From Escherichia phage ph0021: a stretch of 64,000 nt of DNA. Every line of letters starts with the position of its first letter. Position 1 is the stretch's first letter. Both the position numbers and the translations under genes were made by a program. Shown one piece after another: positions 1 to 11,297 of this stretch. The stretch lies in sequence record OP557970.1; one strand, 5' to 3'. The notes under the pieces were generated by a model. The model was not told the origin of the DNA, searched no databases, and saw only the letters and a program-made list of their open reading frames with translations.

Positions 1-36
1 TCTATTATATACTATCCAAATCTTAAAGTAAACAAG

Positions 37-44
37 TATAAATA
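37..44 (+). promoter_or_regulatory. T4-type late promoter (TATAAATA) upstream of gene 34
   Basis: Exact TATAAATA octamer about 35 nt upstream of the gene 34 ATG. Confidence 0.6.
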
Positions 45-78
45 CTTATTATTGAAAACACAATAGGAGCCCGGGAGA

Positions 79-3000
79 ATGGCCGAGATTAAAAGAAAGT
101 TCAGAGCAGAAGATGGTCTGGACGCAGGTGGCGATAAAATAATCAACGTAGCTTTAGCTGATCGTACCGTAGGAACTGACGGTGTTAACGTTGATTACTT
201 AATTCAAGAAAACACAGTTCAGCAATATGATCCAACTCGTGGATATTTAAAAGATTTTGTAATCATTTATAATAATCGTTTTTGGGCAGCAACGGATAAT
301 ATTCCAAAACCTGCTGGAAATTTTAATAGAATTCGTTGGAAAGCATTACGTACTGATGCTGTATATACAACTGTATCATCTGGACCATATCAATTAAAAT
401 CCGGAGAAGCAATTTCAGTAGATACATCAGTTGGCAATGACATTGAGTTTACTTTACCACCTTCTCCACTTGATGGAGAAACCGTAATAATTCAAGATAT
501 CGGTGGAAAACCTGGCATAAATCAGGTTAAAATAAATTCTTCAAATCAGAGTATTGTCAATTTTAGAGGTGAACAGGTACGTTCAGTTCTAATGACTCAT
601 CCAAAGTCACAGATGATATTCATTTTTAATAATCGTTTGTGGCAAATGTATGTTGCTGATTATAGCAGAGAAGCTGCGATTGTTACTCCATCGACTGCAT
701 ATCAAGCACAATCTAATGATTTTATCGTGCGTAGATTTACTTCCGCTGCGCCGATTAATGTTAAGCTTCCAAGATTTGCTAATCATGGCGATATTATTAA
801 TTTCGTTGATTTAGATAAATTAAATCCACTTTATCATACAATTGTCACGACATATGATGAAACAACTTCAGTACAAGAAGTTGGAACTCATTCTATTGAA
901 GGCCGTGCATCGATTGACGGTTTCTTGATGTTTGATGATAATGAAAAATTATGGAGATTGTTTGACGGGGATAGTAAAGCACGTTTACGCATTATAACAA
1001 CTAATTCTAATATTCGTCCAAATGAAGAAGTTATGGTATTTGGTGCGAATAACGGAACAGCCCAAACAATTGAACTTCAGCTTCCAACCGATATTTCCAT
1101 TGGTGATACTGTTAAAATTTCCATGAATTACATGAGAAAAGGACAAACAGTTAAAATCAAAGCTGCCGGTGAAGATAAAATTGCTTCTTCAGTTCAATTA
1201 CTGCAATTCCCAAAACGCTCAGAATATCCGCCTGAAGCTGAATGGGTGACTGTTCAAGAATTAGTTTTTAACGGTGAAACTAATTATGTTCCGGTTTTAC
1301 AACTTGCTTATATAGAAGATTCTGACGGAAAATACTGGGTTGTACAGCAAAACGTTCCAACAGTTGAAAGAGTCGATTCTTTAAATAATTCTACTAGAGC
1401 AAGATTAGGCGTAATAGCTTTAGCTACACAAGCTCAAGCAAATGCTGATTTAGAAAATTCTCCACAAAAAGAATTAGCAATTACACCAGAAACATTAGCT
1501 AACCGTACTGCTACAGAAACTCGCAGAGGTATTGCAAGAATAGCAACTACTGCTCAAGTAAATCAGAACACCACATTCTCTTTTGCAGATGACCTTATCA
1601 TCACTCCTAAAAAGCTGAATGAAAGAACTGCTACAGAAACTCGTAGAGGTGTCGCTGAAATTGCTACGCAGCAGGAAACTAATACAGGTACTGATGATAC
1701 TACAATCATCACTCCTAAAAAGCTTCAAGCTCGCCAAGGTTCTGAGTCATTATCTGGTATTGTAACCTTTGTATCTACGGCAGGTGCTACTCCAGCTTCT
1801 AGTCGTGAATTAAATGGTACAAATGTTTATAATAAAAACACTAATAACTTAGTTGTTTCACCTAAAGCCTTGGATCAGTATAAAGCTACTCCAACACAGC
1901 AAGGTGCAGTAATTTTAGCAGTTGAAAGTGAAGTAATTGCTGGACAAAGTCAGGAAGGATGGGCAAATGCTGTTGTAACGCCAGAAACGTTACATAAAAA
2001 GACATCAACTGATGGAAGAATTGGTTTAATTGAAATTGCTACGCAAAGTGAAGTTAATACAGGAACTGATTATACTCGTGCAGTCACTCCTAAAACTTTA
2101 AATGACCGTAGAGCAACTGAAAGTTTAAGTGGTATAGCTGAAATTGCTACACAAGTTGAATTCGACGCAGGCGTCGACGATACTCGTATCTCTACACCAT
2201 TAAAAATTAAAACTAGATTTAATAGTACTGATCGTACTTCTGTTGTTGCTCTATCTGGATTAGTTGAATCAGGAACTCTCTGGGACCATTATACCCTTAA
2301 TATTCTTGAAGCAAATGAGACACAGCGTGGCACACTTCGTGTGGCTACACAGGTTGAAGCTGCTGCAGGAACATTGGATAATGTTCTAATAACTCCTAAA
2401 AAGCTTTTAGGTACTAAATCTACTGAAGCGCAGGAAGGCGTTATTAAAGTTGCAACTCGGTCTGAAACTGTAGCTGGAACGTCAGCAAATACTGCTGTAT
2501 CTCCAAAAAATTTAAAATGGATTGTGCAGAGTGAACCTACTTGGGCAGCGACTACTGCGATAAGAGGTTTTGTTAAAACTTCGTCTGGTTCAATTACATT
2601 CGTTGGTAATGATACAGCTGGTTCAACACAGCCATTAGAATCATATGAGAAAAATGGTTATGCAGTATCACCATATGAATTAAATCGCGTATTAGCAAAT
2701 TATTTGCCGTTAAAAGCAAAAGCCGTAGATAGTAATTTACTGGATGGTCTAGATTCGCTCCAGTTCATTCGTAGGGACATTGCACAAACAGTTAATGGTT
2801 CACTAACCTTAACACAACAAACGAATCTGAGTGCCCCTCTTGTATCATCTAGTACTGCTACGTTCGGTGGATCAGTTTCAGCAAATAGTACACTAACTAT
2901 TTCTAATACTGGAACAGCAACTCGTCTGATTTTTGAGAAAGGACCTCAAACTGGAACAAACCCGGCTCAAACGATGACAGTCAGAGTGTGGGGAAATCAA

Positions 3001-3948
3001 TTTAGTGGGGAATCAGACACAACACGTTCTACCGTATTTGAAGTTAGTGATGAAACGTCTAGTCATTTTTATTCTCAGCGCAATAAAGCTGGAAATATAA
3101 CATTTAATATCAACGGTACAGTAACACCGATAAATGTTAATGCTTCAGGAACATTGAATGCAAATGGTGTAGCAACATTTGGTAATTCAGTCACTGCAAC
3201 TGGTGAAATTATTTCTCGAAGCGCAAATGCTTTCCGTGCTATTAACGGAAATTATGGTTTCATTGTTCGCAATGATGGGTCAGTAACGAATTTTATGCTT
3301 ACTGCATCGGGTGATCAGACTGGTGGATTTAATGGATTACGTCCTTTAGCTATTAATAATGCATCTGGTCAAGTAACGATTGGTGAAAGCTTAATCATTT
3401 CCAAAGGTGCTACTATAAGTTCAGGTGGTTTAACTGTTAACTCGAGAATTCGTTCTCAGGGTACTAAAACCTCTGATTTATATACCCGTGCGCCAACATC
3501 TGATACAGTAGGATTCTGGTCAATCGATATTAATGATTCAGCCACTTATAACCAGTTTCCGGGTTATTTTAAAATGGTTGAAAAAACTAATGAAGTTACT
3601 GGACTTCCATACTTAGAACGTGGTGAAGAAGTTAAATCTCCTGGTACATTGACTCAGTTTGGTAACACACTTGATTCACTTTACCAAGATTGGATTACTT
3701 ATCCAACGACTCCAGAAGCACGTACCACTCGCTGGACACGTACATGGCAGAAAACCAAAAACTCTTGGTCAAGTTTTGTTCAGGTATTTGACGGAGGTAA
3801 CCCTCCTCAACCTTCAGATATAGGAGCGATCCCATCTGATAACGGAATAATAGGTAATCTTACTATTCGCGATTTCTTGCGAATTGGTAATGTTCGCATT
3901 ATTCCTGACCCAGTGAATAAAACTGTTAAATTTGAGTGGATTGAATAA
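79..3948 (+). CDS. 34: long tail fiber proximal subunit gp34
   Basis: 1289-aa ORF; N-terminus MAEIKRKFRAEDGLDAGGDKIINVALADR and length match T-even gp34; internal RTATETRRG...ITPKKL repeats. Confidence 0.93.
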   Translation: MAEIKRKFRAEDGLDAGGDKIINVALADRTVGTDGVNVDYLIQENTVQQYDPTRGYLKDFVIIYNNRFWAATDNIPKPAGNFNRIRWKALRTDAVYTTVSSGPYQLKSGEAISVDTSVGNDIEFTLPPSPLDGETVIIQDIGGKPGINQVKINSSNQSIVNFRGEQVRSVLMTHPKSQMIFIFNNRLWQMYVADYSREAAIVTPSTAYQAQSNDFIVRRFTSAAPINVKLPRFANHGDIINFVDLDKLNPLYHTIVTTYDETTSVQEVGTHSIEGRASIDGFLMFDDNEKLWRLFDGDSKARLRIITTNSNIRPNEEVMVFGANNGTAQTIELQLPTDISIGDTVKISMNYMRKGQTVKIKAAGEDKIASSVQLLQFPKRSEYPPEAEWVTVQELVFNGETNYVPVLQLAYIEDSDGKYWVVQQNVPTVERVDSLNNSTRARLGVIALATQAQANADLENSPQKELAITPETLANRTATETRRGIARIATTAQVNQNTTFSFADDLIITPKKLNERTATETRRGVAEIATQQETNTGTDDTTIITPKKLQARQGSESLSGIVTFVSTAGATPASSRELNGTNVYNKNTNNLVVSPKALDQYKATPTQQGAVILAVESEVIAGQSQEGWANAVVTPETLHKKTSTDGRIGLIEIATQSEVNTGTDYTRAVTPKTLNDRRATESLSGIAEIATQVEFDAGVDDTRISTPLKIKTRFNSTDRTSVVALSGLVESGTLWDHYTLNILEANETQRGTLRVATQVEAAAGTLDNVLITPKKLLGTKSTEAQEGVIKVATRSETVAGTSANTAVSPKNLKWIVQSEPTWAATTAIRGFVKTSSGSITFVGNDTAGSTQPLESYEKNGYAVSPYELNRVLANYLPLKAKAVDSNLLDGLDSLQFIRRDIAQTVNGSLTLTQQTNLSAPLVSSSTATFGGSVSANSTLTISNTGTATRLIFEKGPQTGTNPAQTMTVRVWGNQFSGESDTTRSTVFEVSDETSSHFYSQRNKAGNITFNINGTVTPINVNASGTLNANGVATFGNSVTATGEIISRSANAFRAINGNYGFIVRNDGSVTNFMLTASGDQTGGFNGLRPLAINNASGQVTIGESLIISKGATISSGGLTVNSRIRSQGTKTSDLYTRAPTSDTVGFWSIDINDSATYNQFPGYFKMVEKTNEVTGLPYLERGEEVKSPGTLTQFGNTLDSLYQDWITYPTTPEARTTRWTRTWQKTKNSWSSFVQVFDGGNPPQPSDIGAIPSDNGIIGNLTIRDFLRIGNVRIIPDPVNKTVKFEWIE

Positions 3949-3956
3949 GAGGTATT

Positions 3957-5072
3957 ATGGAAAAATTTATGGCAGAGTTTGGACAAGGATACGTCCAAAC
4001 GCCATTTTTATCGGAAAGTAATTCAGTAAGATATAAAATAAGTATAGCGGGTTCTTGCCCGCTTTCTACAGCAGGACCATATGTTAAATTTCAGGATAAT
4101 CCTGTCGGAAATCAAACATTTAGCGCAGGTCTTCATTTAAGAGTTTTTGACCCTTCAACAGGAGCATTAGTTGATAGTAAGTCATATGCTTTTTCTACTT
4201 CAAACAATACAACATCTGCCGCTTTTGTTAGTTTCATGAATTCTTTGTCAAACAATAGACTTGTTGCTATATTAACTAGCGGAAAGGTTAATTTTCCTCC
4301 TGAAGTGGTATCTTGGTTAAGGGGAGCAGGAACTTCAGTTTTTCCATCAGATTCAGTATTGTCAAGATTTGACGTATCATATGCTGCTTTTTATACTTCT
4401 TCTAAAAGAGCTATTGCATTAGAGCATGTTAAACTAAGTAATAGAAAAAGCACAGATGATTATCAAACTATTTTAGATGTTGTATTTGATAGTTTAGAAG
4501 ACGTCGGAGCTACGGGATTTCCTAAAAGAACATATGAAAGTGTCGAGCAATTTATGTCAGCGGTTGGTGGAACTAATAATGAAATTGCGCGTTTGCCAAC
4601 TTCATCCGCGATAAGTAAATTATCTGATTATAATTTAATTCCTGGTGATGTTCTTTATCTTAAAGCACAGTTATATGCTGATGCTGATTTACTCGATCTT
4701 GGAACTACAAACATATCCATTCGTTTTTATGATGCATCAAATGGATATATTTCCTCTACCCAAGCTGAGTTTACTGGGCAAGCTGGGTCTTGGGAATTAA
4801 AGGAAGATTATGTAGTTGTTCCTGAAAATGCAGTCGGATTTACTATATATGCGCAGAGAACTGCTCAAGCTGGTCAAGGCGGAATGAGGAATTTAAGCTT
4901 TTCTGAAGTATCAAGAAATGGCGGCATTTCAAAACCTGCCGAATTTGGCGTCAACGGTATTCGCGTTAATTATGTCTGTGAATCGGCTTCACCTCCAGAT
5001 ATAATGGTACTTCCTACACAAGCCTCTTCTAAAACTGGCAAAGTGTTTGGGCAAGAATTTAGAGAAGTTTAA
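3957..5072 (+). CDS. 35: long tail fiber hinge protein gp35
   Basis: 371 aa, immediately downstream of 34; T4 gp35 is about 372 aa. Confidence 0.88.
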   Translation: MEKFMAEFGQGYVQTPFLSESNSVRYKISIAGSCPLSTAGPYVKFQDNPVGNQTFSAGLHLRVFDPSTGALVDSKSYAFSTSNNTTSAAFVSFMNSLSNNRLVAILTSGKVNFPPEVVSWLRGAGTSVFPSDSVLSRFDVSYAAFYTSSKRAIALEHVKLSNRKSTDDYQTILDVVFDSLEDVGATGFPKRTYESVEQFMSAVGGTNNEIARLPTSSAISKLSDYNLIPGDVLYLKAQLYADADLLDLGTTNISIRFYDASNGYISSTQAEFTGQAGSWELKEDYVVVPENAVGFTIYAQRTAQAGQGGMRNLSFSEVSRNGGISKPAEFGVNGIRVNYVCESASPPDIMVLPTQASSKTGKVFGQEFREV

Positions 5073-5077
5073 ACTGA

Positions 5078-5101
5078 GGGAGCCTTCGGGTTCCCTTTTT
5101 C
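5078..5101 (+). terminator. rho-independent terminator-like hairpin after gene 35
   Basis: GGGAGCC-TTCG-GGTTCCC stem-loop followed by TTTTTCTTT on the plus strand. Confidence 0.6.
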
Positions 5102-5103
5102 TT

Positions 5104-5111
5104 TATAAATA
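5104..5111 (+). promoter_or_regulatory. T4-type late promoter (TATAAATA) upstream of gene 36
   Basis: Exact TATAAATA about 24 nt upstream of the gene 36 ATG. Confidence 0.6.
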
Positions 5112-5134
5112 ATATTAAAATAAAGGGGCATATA

Positions 5135-5785
5135 ATGGCTGATTTAAAAGTAGGTTCAACTGTAGGTGGATCTGTCATTTGGCATCAAGGAAATTTTCCA
5201 TTGAATTCAGCCGGTGACGATGTACTCTACAAATCATTTAAAATATATTCAGAATATAATAAACCACAGGCAGCTGATAACGATTTCGTTTCTAAAGCTA
5301 ATGGTGGTACTTACACCGGTCCAATTACTATTAATTACGGGGTAAATAGTTATCTTCAATTAAGTAATAATGAAACCCCCATTCGAATTCGTTCTGGTGG
5401 CGGTACCGGTAATACTCTTGTAGTTGGCGGCTCTTCCGGTGGTATTAGTTTTAGACCTGCAGGTAGTGAAATCACTACTGGACAAATTACCATTACGCCA
5501 GAAGGTTTGACAACATTTACCAGGGCTGTAACGGCTCCATCGGTAACTGTTACATCTACTCCTTCCGCAGCATCTGATGTTACTCGTAAAGATTATGTTG
5601 ATGGAGCAATAAATACTGTTACAGCAAATGCAAACTCTAGGGTATTACGCTCTGGAGACACTATGACAGGAAATTTAACTGCGCCAAACCTTTTTTCACA
5701 GAATCCTGCATCTCAACCTTCACACGTTCCACGATTTGACCAAATCGTAATGAAGGATTCTGTTCAAGATTTCGGCTATTATTAA
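5135..5785 (+). CDS. 36: long tail fiber distal connector gp36
   Basis: 216 aa; start [21 protein letters not shown]; position between 35 and 37. Confidence 0.88.
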   Translation: MADLKVGSTVGGSVIWHQGNFPLNSAGDDVLYKSFKIYSEYNKPQAADNDFVSKANGGTYTGPITINYGVNSYLQLSNNETPIRIRSGGGTGNTLVVGGSSGGISFRPAGSEITTGQITITPEGLTTFTRAVTAPSVTVTSTPSAASDVTRKDYVDGAINTVTANANSRVLRSGDTMTGNLTAPNLFSQNPASQPSHVPRFDQIVMKDSVQDFGYY

Positions 5786-5793
5786 GAGGACTT

Positions 5794-8760
5794 ATGGCTA
5801 CTTTAAAACAAATACAATTTAAAAGAAGCAAAACTGCAGGTCAACGTCCTGCTGCTTCAGTATTAGCCGAAGGTGAATTGGCTATAAACTTAAAAGATAA
5901 AACAATTTTCACAAAAGATGACTCAGGTAGTGTTATAGAATTAGGTTTAAAATATGGAGGAACAATTGATGGTTCTTTAACTGTTAATGGAAACATAATT
6001 GGAAATTTAACAGGTAACGCTGCAACTGCAACGAAATTAAAAACAGCACGAAAAATTAATGGTATATCCTTTGATGGGTCAAAAGATATCACGCTAACTC
6101 CATCTGACATAAATGTCAATAGCACAACGTTTATAAAAAATAACGGCGAATTACCTGTTGATGCTAATTTAGATGAGTATGGGCCTGTTGAAGAATATCT
6201 TGGAGTTTGGTCGAAAGCAACTTCAACCAACGCTCAACCAGCAAATAAATTTCCAGAAGAAAATGCTGTAGGTGTTCTAGAAGTATTTGTGGCCGGTCAA
6301 TTTGCTGGTACTCAGAGATATACAACTAGATACGGAAATGTTTATATTCGTTCCTTGACTGCTACATGGAACGGAGTAAATGGTCCGTGGAGTGTGTGGC
6401 GAAATATTCAATCCGGTACTCGTCCACTGTCAACAACAATTGATCTTAATGATCTAGGAGGCGCTGAACACCTTGGTTTGTGGCGAAATAGTTCAAATTC
6501 CATTGCTACCTTTGACAGAAATTTCCCAGAAGAGGGGTCGTCAGCTCAAGGTCTTTTGGAAGTATCTGAAGGTGGAAACTATTCTCGTACACAAAGATAT
6601 ACAACCAGATTTGGAGTTGTTTATACTCGCTGTCTTACTGCTGCATGGGATGCATCTGCGCCTAAATGGGGACCGTGGCAACAAGTCGGTAATGTCACAC
6701 CGGCGACTTTCTATGATGGAGATCTGAATGATTTTAAAACTCCTGGGTTATATAATATTTTAGGCACTGATGCCGTTATTAACTGTCCTACAGGTGAAGG
6801 TTTGCCGACTGTTATTGTTGGTTTGCTGGAAGTTAAACAGCGTGCTTCTGGCGGTGCTATTTTCCAAAAATTTACTACTGCCGGAACAGGTGCAACTACT
6901 CGCGATCGTATTTTTGAGCGTGCATATACTGGTGGTGCGTGGGGTGCATGGAACGAAGTATATACATCTTATTCTCTGCCAATTACTTTGGGTATGGGTG
7001 GTATTAAAGCTCAATTAGCGGAGTTAGATTGGCAAACCTTTGATTTTGTCCCTGGTAGTATGTTTAGTGTTCCTTTGAACAAAATAAAGAATATGCCCGC
7101 AAATATGGATTGGGGCACGATTGATGGAAACCTGGTTATGTTTTCCGTTGGTCCTAGCGAACACACTAGCACAGGACGTACTGTTCAGATTTGGCGTGGT
7201 ACTGTATCCCAGACAAACTACCGTTATTTTGTCGTTCGTGTATTCGGTAATTCAGGAAATAGAACTTGCACAGTTCGTCGTGTTGTTCTTGAAGACGGAT
7301 CACATACTTGGACTGCTAAACAAGATTTTAATGGCGCAGTTAACTTTAACTCTACTGTTAACCTTAATAACACTACCACATTTAAAACAGAAGTTAAATT
7401 TCGCTCATTGAATGCATTCCGTATGTATGGCGGAAAATTTGGTACATTTTTACGTAATGATGGAGAGAGTCTTTATATTCTTTCCACCGACGAAGATGAT
7501 CAAGATGGAAACTTTAATACAAATAGACCTTTCCGTTATGAATTAAGAACTGGTGATGTTACTTTAGGTGGTATTAGTGGTGCTAACGTTTTAAAATTAA
7601 AACGTGATTCTCTCACCGCATTTTTTGGTGGTGATATTAACATGAAAGGCTTGATGACTTTTGACGCCGGACGTTTAGGATCACGAGATTATTTTAAATT
7701 TAACCATTGGGGTGATAGTAATAATGCGCGTGATAACATTATTCAGTTAGAAGACAGCAAAGGCGCTCATTTTTCCACTGAACGTACTTTAGCGACTGGT
7801 GCAATTAAGACTAAATTTTTTGGTGAAATTGAATCCGATGGTAAATTGGTTATTAAACGTCCGGGTGATTCTATTGTATTATCAGCACCTGCTAATAATT
7901 CTTTGCATATTCGCGGTGATATAGACGGGACTGGTAACTGGTATATTGGTAAAGGTGGTACTGATAATGGATTAGCGTTCTATAGTTATGCTACTAATGC
8001 TGGTGTATACATTACAAACGCAGGAGATATCTCGCTAAGTCCAAAGGGTGCCGAAATGGCTCAGGTCAATAACGTTCGATTATATGTTCATGGTGAACGT
8101 TGGACCGCTAGTCAACCAGGTGATTGGGGCAGTCAGTGGCAAGTGGAAGCGCCAATATTCGTCGATCATGGTTATGTTGGATCAGATAGCTATTATCCAA
8201 TTATTAAAGGAAGAAGTGTAGTCACCAATCAAGGGTTTGTAACTGCCGTCGATCTTGGTATTCGTCGTGTCAATAACAATTGGGGACAAGCAATTATTCG
8301 TGTTGGATCTGCGGAGGCATCGCCAGCGGCTGGACACCCTAACGCGGTATTTGAATTTCATTACGACGGTACTTTCTATTCTCCTGGTAATGGTAACTTT
8401 AACGATGTGTATATTCGTTCCGATGGTCGTCTTAAGATTAATAAAAAAGAGCTAGAAAACGGAGCACTTGAAAAAGTATGCCGACTGAAAGTTTATATTT
8501 ACGATAAGGTTAAGTCTATTAAAGACCGTAGTGTTATTAAACGCGAAGTTGGTATTATTGCTCAGGATCTTGAAAAAGAATTACCGGAAGCTGTGTCTAA
8601 AGTTGAAGTTGATGGATCTGATGTTCTGACAATTTCTAACTCCGCTGTGAATGCTCTTTTAATTAAGGCTATCCAAGAAATGAGCGAAGAAATTAAAGAA
8701 TTAAAAACGCCTTTCTTCACTAAAATTGCTCGCAAAATTAGTAAATATTTTAAATTCTAA
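5794..8760 (+). CDS. 37: long tail fiber distal subunit gp37 with C-terminal intramolecular-chaperone-like region
   Basis: 988 aa; start [22 protein letters not shown]; C-terminal region after [22 protein letters not shown] resembles the cleaved C-terminus of T2-type gp37. Confidence 0.9.
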   Translation: MATLKQIQFKRSKTAGQRPAASVLAEGELAINLKDKTIFTKDDSGSVIELGLKYGGTIDGSLTVNGNIIGNLTGNAATATKLKTARKINGISFDGSKDITLTPSDINVNSTTFIKNNGELPVDANLDEYGPVEEYLGVWSKATSTNAQPANKFPEENAVGVLEVFVAGQFAGTQRYTTRYGNVYIRSLTATWNGVNGPWSVWRNIQSGTRPLSTTIDLNDLGGAEHLGLWRNSSNSIATFDRNFPEEGSSAQGLLEVSEGGNYSRTQRYTTRFGVVYTRCLTAAWDASAPKWGPWQQVGNVTPATFYDGDLNDFKTPGLYNILGTDAVINCPTGEGLPTVIVGLLEVKQRASGGAIFQKFTTAGTGATTRDRIFERAYTGGAWGAWNEVYTSYSLPITLGMGGIKAQLAELDWQTFDFVPGSMFSVPLNKIKNMPANMDWGTIDGNLVMFSVGPSEHTSTGRTVQIWRGTVSQTNYRYFVVRVFGNSGNRTCTVRRVVLEDGSHTWTAKQDFNGAVNFNSTVNLNNTTTFKTEVKFRSLNAFRMYGGKFGTFLRNDGESLYILSTDEDDQDGNFNTNRPFRYELRTGDVTLGGISGANVLKLKRDSLTAFFGGDINMKGLMTFDAGRLGSRDYFKFNHWGDSNNARDNIIQLEDSKGAHFSTERTLATGAIKTKFFGEIESDGKLVIKRPGDSIVLSAPANNSLHIRGDIDGTGNWYIGKGGTDNGLAFYSYATNAGVYITNAGDISLSPKGAEMAQVNNVRLYVHGERWTASQPGDWGSQWQVEAPIFVDHGYVGSDSYYPIIKGRSVVTNQGFVTAVDLGIRRVNNNWGQAIIRVGSAEASPAAGHPNAVFEFHYDGTFYSPGNGNFNDVYIRSDGRLKINKKELENGALEKVCRLKVYIYDKVKSIKDRSVIKREVGIIAQDLEKELPEAVSKVEVDGSDVLTISNSAVNALLIKAIQEMSEEIKELKTPFFTKIARKISKYFKF

Positions 8761-8794
8761 CAACAAGGGGCAACGCCCCCTTTGGAGATAAATT

Positions 8795-9595
8795 ATGGCA
8801 GTAGTTGGTGTTCCTGGTTGGATTGGTAGTTCATCCGTAAATGAAACAGGACAACGATGGATGAGTCAAGCGGCTGGTCAATTAAGATTGGGTGTTCCTT
8901 GCTGGATGAGTCAATTTGCAGGTCGCTCACGAGAAATTATTCATACACTTGGAGCAGACCATAACTTCAATGGTCAATGGTTCCGAGATAGATGTTTTGA
9001 GGCCGGTAGTGCACCTATAGTGTTTAATATTACAGGTGATTTAGTATCATATTCTAAAGATGTTCCTTTATTCTTCATGTACGGGGATACGCCTAATGAA
9101 TATGTTGTTCTTAATATTCATGGTGGTGTTCATATGTGGGGTCGTGGTGGTAATGGTGGATACACTCACTCAGGAGGCGACGGTAACGGTACACAAGGCG
9201 GTCATGTTATTCAAAATGATATCGGCGGACGGCTTCGTATTTGGAACTACGGTGTTATAGCTGCTGGCGGTGGCGGTGGCGGTGGTATTGCATATCGTCC
9301 ACACTCAGGGGCAAACTGGCAAGATATCGGTGGCGGTGGTGGTCGACCTTTCGGTGGCGCTGGCGGTGGCGGTTATTCCGGTGGTGCTGCTTCGTATGAA
9401 GGTCCGGGTGGTGGTTATGACTATGGTAACGCACACTCCGGCGCTGGTGGTAATGCTGGTGCTGCTGGTCAGAATGCATGGTCTGACGGCGGTAAAGTTC
9501 TTAAAGTTGGTGTTGGTGGTGCGTCTGGTCATGCAGTGTTTGGATCTTCTCCAACTTGGGGTGTTGTTGGAACAATTTACGGACCAAGAGTATAA
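8795..9595 (+). CDS. 38: tail fiber tip adhesin gp38 (T2-type, glycine-rich motifs separating variable segments)
   Basis: 266 aa; several GGGGGG/GxGGG islands; T4 gp38 is 183 aa whereas T2-type adhesins are about 260 aa. Confidence 0.88.
   Translation: MAVVGVPGWIGSSSVNETGQRWMSQAAGQLRLGVPCWMSQFAGRSREIIHTLGADHNFNGQWFRDRCFEAGSAPIVFNITGDLVSYSKDVPLFFMYGDTPNEYVVLNIHGGVHMWGRGGNGGYTHSGGDGNGTQGGHVIQNDIGGRLRIWNYGVIAAGGGGGGGIAYRPHSGANWQDIGGGGGRPFGGAGGGGYSGGAASYEGPGGGYDYGNAHSGAGGNAGAAGQNAWSDGGKVLKVGVGGASGHAVFGSSPTWGVVGTIYGPRV
9256..9375 (+). repeat. imperfect (GGY)n codon repeats encoding the gp38 glycine-rich motifs
   Basis: Runs of ggcggtggcggtggcggtggt and ggtggcggtggtggt inside gene 38. Confidence 0.6.
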
Positions 9596-9599
9596 TGTG

Positions 9600-9607
9600 A
9601 ATAAATA
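9600..9607 (+). promoter_or_regulatory. late-promoter-like element (AATAAATA) upstream of t
   Basis: One mismatch to TATAAATA, about 18 nt upstream of the t ATG. Confidence 0.3.
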
Positions 9608-9625
9608 CCCTTAAAAGGAGGGTCT

Positions 9626-10282
9626 ATGGCAGCACCTAGAATATCATTTTCGCCCTCTGATATTCTATTTGGTGTTCTAGATCGCTTGTTCAAAGATAAT
9701 GCTACCGGGAAAGTTCTTGCTTCCCGGGTAGCTGTCGTAATTCTTTTGTTTATAATGGCGATTGTATGGTATAGGGGAGATAGTTTCTTTGAGTACTATA
9801 AGCAATCAAAGTATGAAACATACAGTGAAATTATTGAAAAGGAAAGAAATGCACGCTTTGAATCTGTCGCCCTGGAACAACTCCAGATAGTTCATATATC
9901 ATCTGAGGCAGACTTTAGTGCGGTGTATTCTTTCCGCCCTAAAAACTTAAACTATTTTGTTGATATTATAGCATATGAAGGAAGATTACCTTCAACAATA
10001 ACTGAAAAATCACTTGGAGGATATCCTGTTGATAAAACTATGGATGAATATACAGTTCATTTAAATGGACGTCATTATTATTCCAACTCAAAATTTGCTT
10101 TTTTACCAACTAAAAAGCCTACTCCCGAAATAAACTACATGTACAGTTGTCCATATTTTAATTTGGATAATATCTATGCTGGAACGATAACCATGTACTG
10201 GTATAGAAATGATCATATAAGTAATGACCGCCTTGAATCAATATGTGCTCAGGCGGCCAGAATATTAGGAAGGGCTAAATAA
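9626..10282 (+). CDS. t: holin T
   Basis: 218 aa, same length as T4 holin; N-terminal cytoplasmic region, single TM segment (VAVVILLFIMAIVWY), large C-terminal domain. Confidence 0.93.
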   Translation: MAAPRISFSPSDILFGVLDRLFKDNATGKVLASRVAVVILLFIMAIVWYRGDSFFEYYKQSKYETYSEIIEKERNARFESVALEQLQIVHISSEADFSAVYSFRPKNLNYFVDIIAYEGRLPSTITEKSLGGYPVDKTMDEYTVHLNGRHYYSNSKFAFLPTKKPTPEINYMYSCPYFNLDNIYAGTITMYWYRNDHISNDRLESICAQAARILGRAK

Positions 10283-10555
10283 TTATTTGTTCGTATACAT
10301 CTCTAGATATCGATATACACCCTCAAAACCCTCGTTGAATTCGTCGATGAGGGTTTTCTTATCTTCTTGAGTTAATTCAGAAACAATTTTACGGAATGAA
10401 TTCTGATTTAACTTTCTACCTTCATGCGTTACTCCAATCTCATTCAGAAATGCAATAAAATTAGCACGATTCTCAACAATATCTTCTCTGGAAAATTTAA
10501 TCAAAATAGACGCAACAGTAATAATTTCACGAACTGTATCAATATTTTTATTCAT
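10283..10555 (-). CDS. asiA: anti-sigma-70 factor AsiA
   Basis: 90 aa; MNKNIDTVREIITVASILIKFSREDIVENRANFIAFLNEIGVTHEGRKL matches T4 AsiA. Confidence 0.95.
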   Translation of the reverse strand: MNKNIDTVREIITVASILIKFSREDIVENRANFIAFLNEIGVTHEGRKLNQNSFRKIVSELTQEDKKTLIDEFNEGFEGVYRYLEMYTNK

Positions 10556-10567
10556 TAACTATACCAC

Positions 10568-10720
10568 TCAATTAGTTGACTTTGTTATAATATCATCAGA
10601 CGTTTGTTTTGTAAACTGGTCTGTGTTATTTTCTTCAAAAATTTTTTCTACGAATTCCTTGAACGACTCACGTTCCTGAGCTACATTATGCTCGATTACC
10701 ATTTCAAGATTATGACTCAT
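10568..10720 (-). CDS. small hypothetical protein (50 aa) between asiA and arn
   Basis: ATG overlaps the arn stop (ATGA); acidic 50-aa ORF; below the ORF-track size cutoff. Confidence 0.4.
   Translation of the reverse strand: MSHNLEMVIEHNVAQERESFKEFVEKIFEENNTDQFTKQTSDDIITKSTN
10587..10616 (-). promoter_or_regulatory. T4-type early promoter upstream of asiA
   Basis: Minus-strand GTTTAC, 18 bp spacer, TATTAT. Confidence 0.5.
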
Positions 10721-10995
10721 TCGAAATAATCTTCAATTTCGTAATCATGGACGTAAATCATTATAGTTTTTAATACATCATCAATACTTTTTCCTGGAGC
10801 TGGAATTACGTAAAAATATCCTGCTTTTGAGAGGTCTTTATAAGTTCCAACCAAGAAATCATTATTCTCGAGATGTAATTCTTCAACTAATTCATTAACA
10901 ATTGAATGGTATAAATTTGGTAGAAACTTATATAGCTTTTCTAGAATATCAATTTTGATTGTATATTGAACCACAGATTGAGAATCAATAATCAT
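10717..10995 (-). CDS. arn: anti-restriction nuclease Arn (McrBC inhibitor)
   Basis: 92 aa; MIIDSQSVVQYTIKIDILEKLYKF...; size and position match T4 Arn. Confidence 0.88.
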   Translation of the reverse strand: MIIDSQSVVQYTIKIDILEKLYKFLPNLYHSIVNELVEELHLENNDFLVGTYKDLSKAGYFYVIPAPGKSIDDVLKTIMIYVHDYEIEDYFE

Positions 10996-11078
10996 AGACC
11001 TTCCCCTTATGTTTCTGTTTGCGATTAGATTCTTTAAACGCTTTCTTCTTATCCTTATGAACAGAAGCTTTATTAAAA

Positions 11079-11297
11079 TTATGTTTTGCGACTAAATTGT
11101 TCATAGTGCTGAATTACCTCTCTCAAACATTTGCATGTGAATGAAAACTTTTTAGCTACACCACATTCAAATATGTGTTCTCTTAAATCACGTGTATCAG
11201 TATATCCCATCTCAACAATAAAATGCCGTATTAGATTTTTATCTTTATCATTGAGAGAATTAAAATAATCGGATTTTGAATTAATTTCCCTGGCCAA
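11079..11297 (-). CDS. hypothetical protein (arn.1 position)
   Basis: 72-aa ORF in the early-gene orientation; Cys cluster ECG...FTCKC. Confidence 0.5.
   Translation of the reverse strand: MAREINSKSDYFNSLNDKDKNLIRHFIVEMGYTDTRDLREHIFECGVAKKFSFTCKCLREVIQHYEQFSRKT

Noticed and set aside
1495-1737. 80-aa minus-strand ORF inside gene 34
   Set aside because: It is antisense to a confidently identified 1289-aa tail fiber gene and falls in its repetitive region, so it is a chance open frame.
5841-8455. Several 66- to 129-aa ORFs on both strands inside gene 37 (5841-6230, 6473-6727, 6760-7014, 6770-7018, 7121-7411, 8255-8455)
   Set aside because: All are embedded in the 988-aa gp37 frame, have no ribosome-binding sites and have low-complexity composition. 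They are frame artefacts.
9060-9614. His-rich, Val-rich and Thr-rich ORFs overlapping gene 38 (9060-9260, 9255-9479, 9270-9614, 9305-9532)
   Set aside because: They are alternative-frame and antisense readings of the GGY repeat DNA that encodes the gp38 glycine runs. Their extreme compositions are what such repeats produce in other frames.
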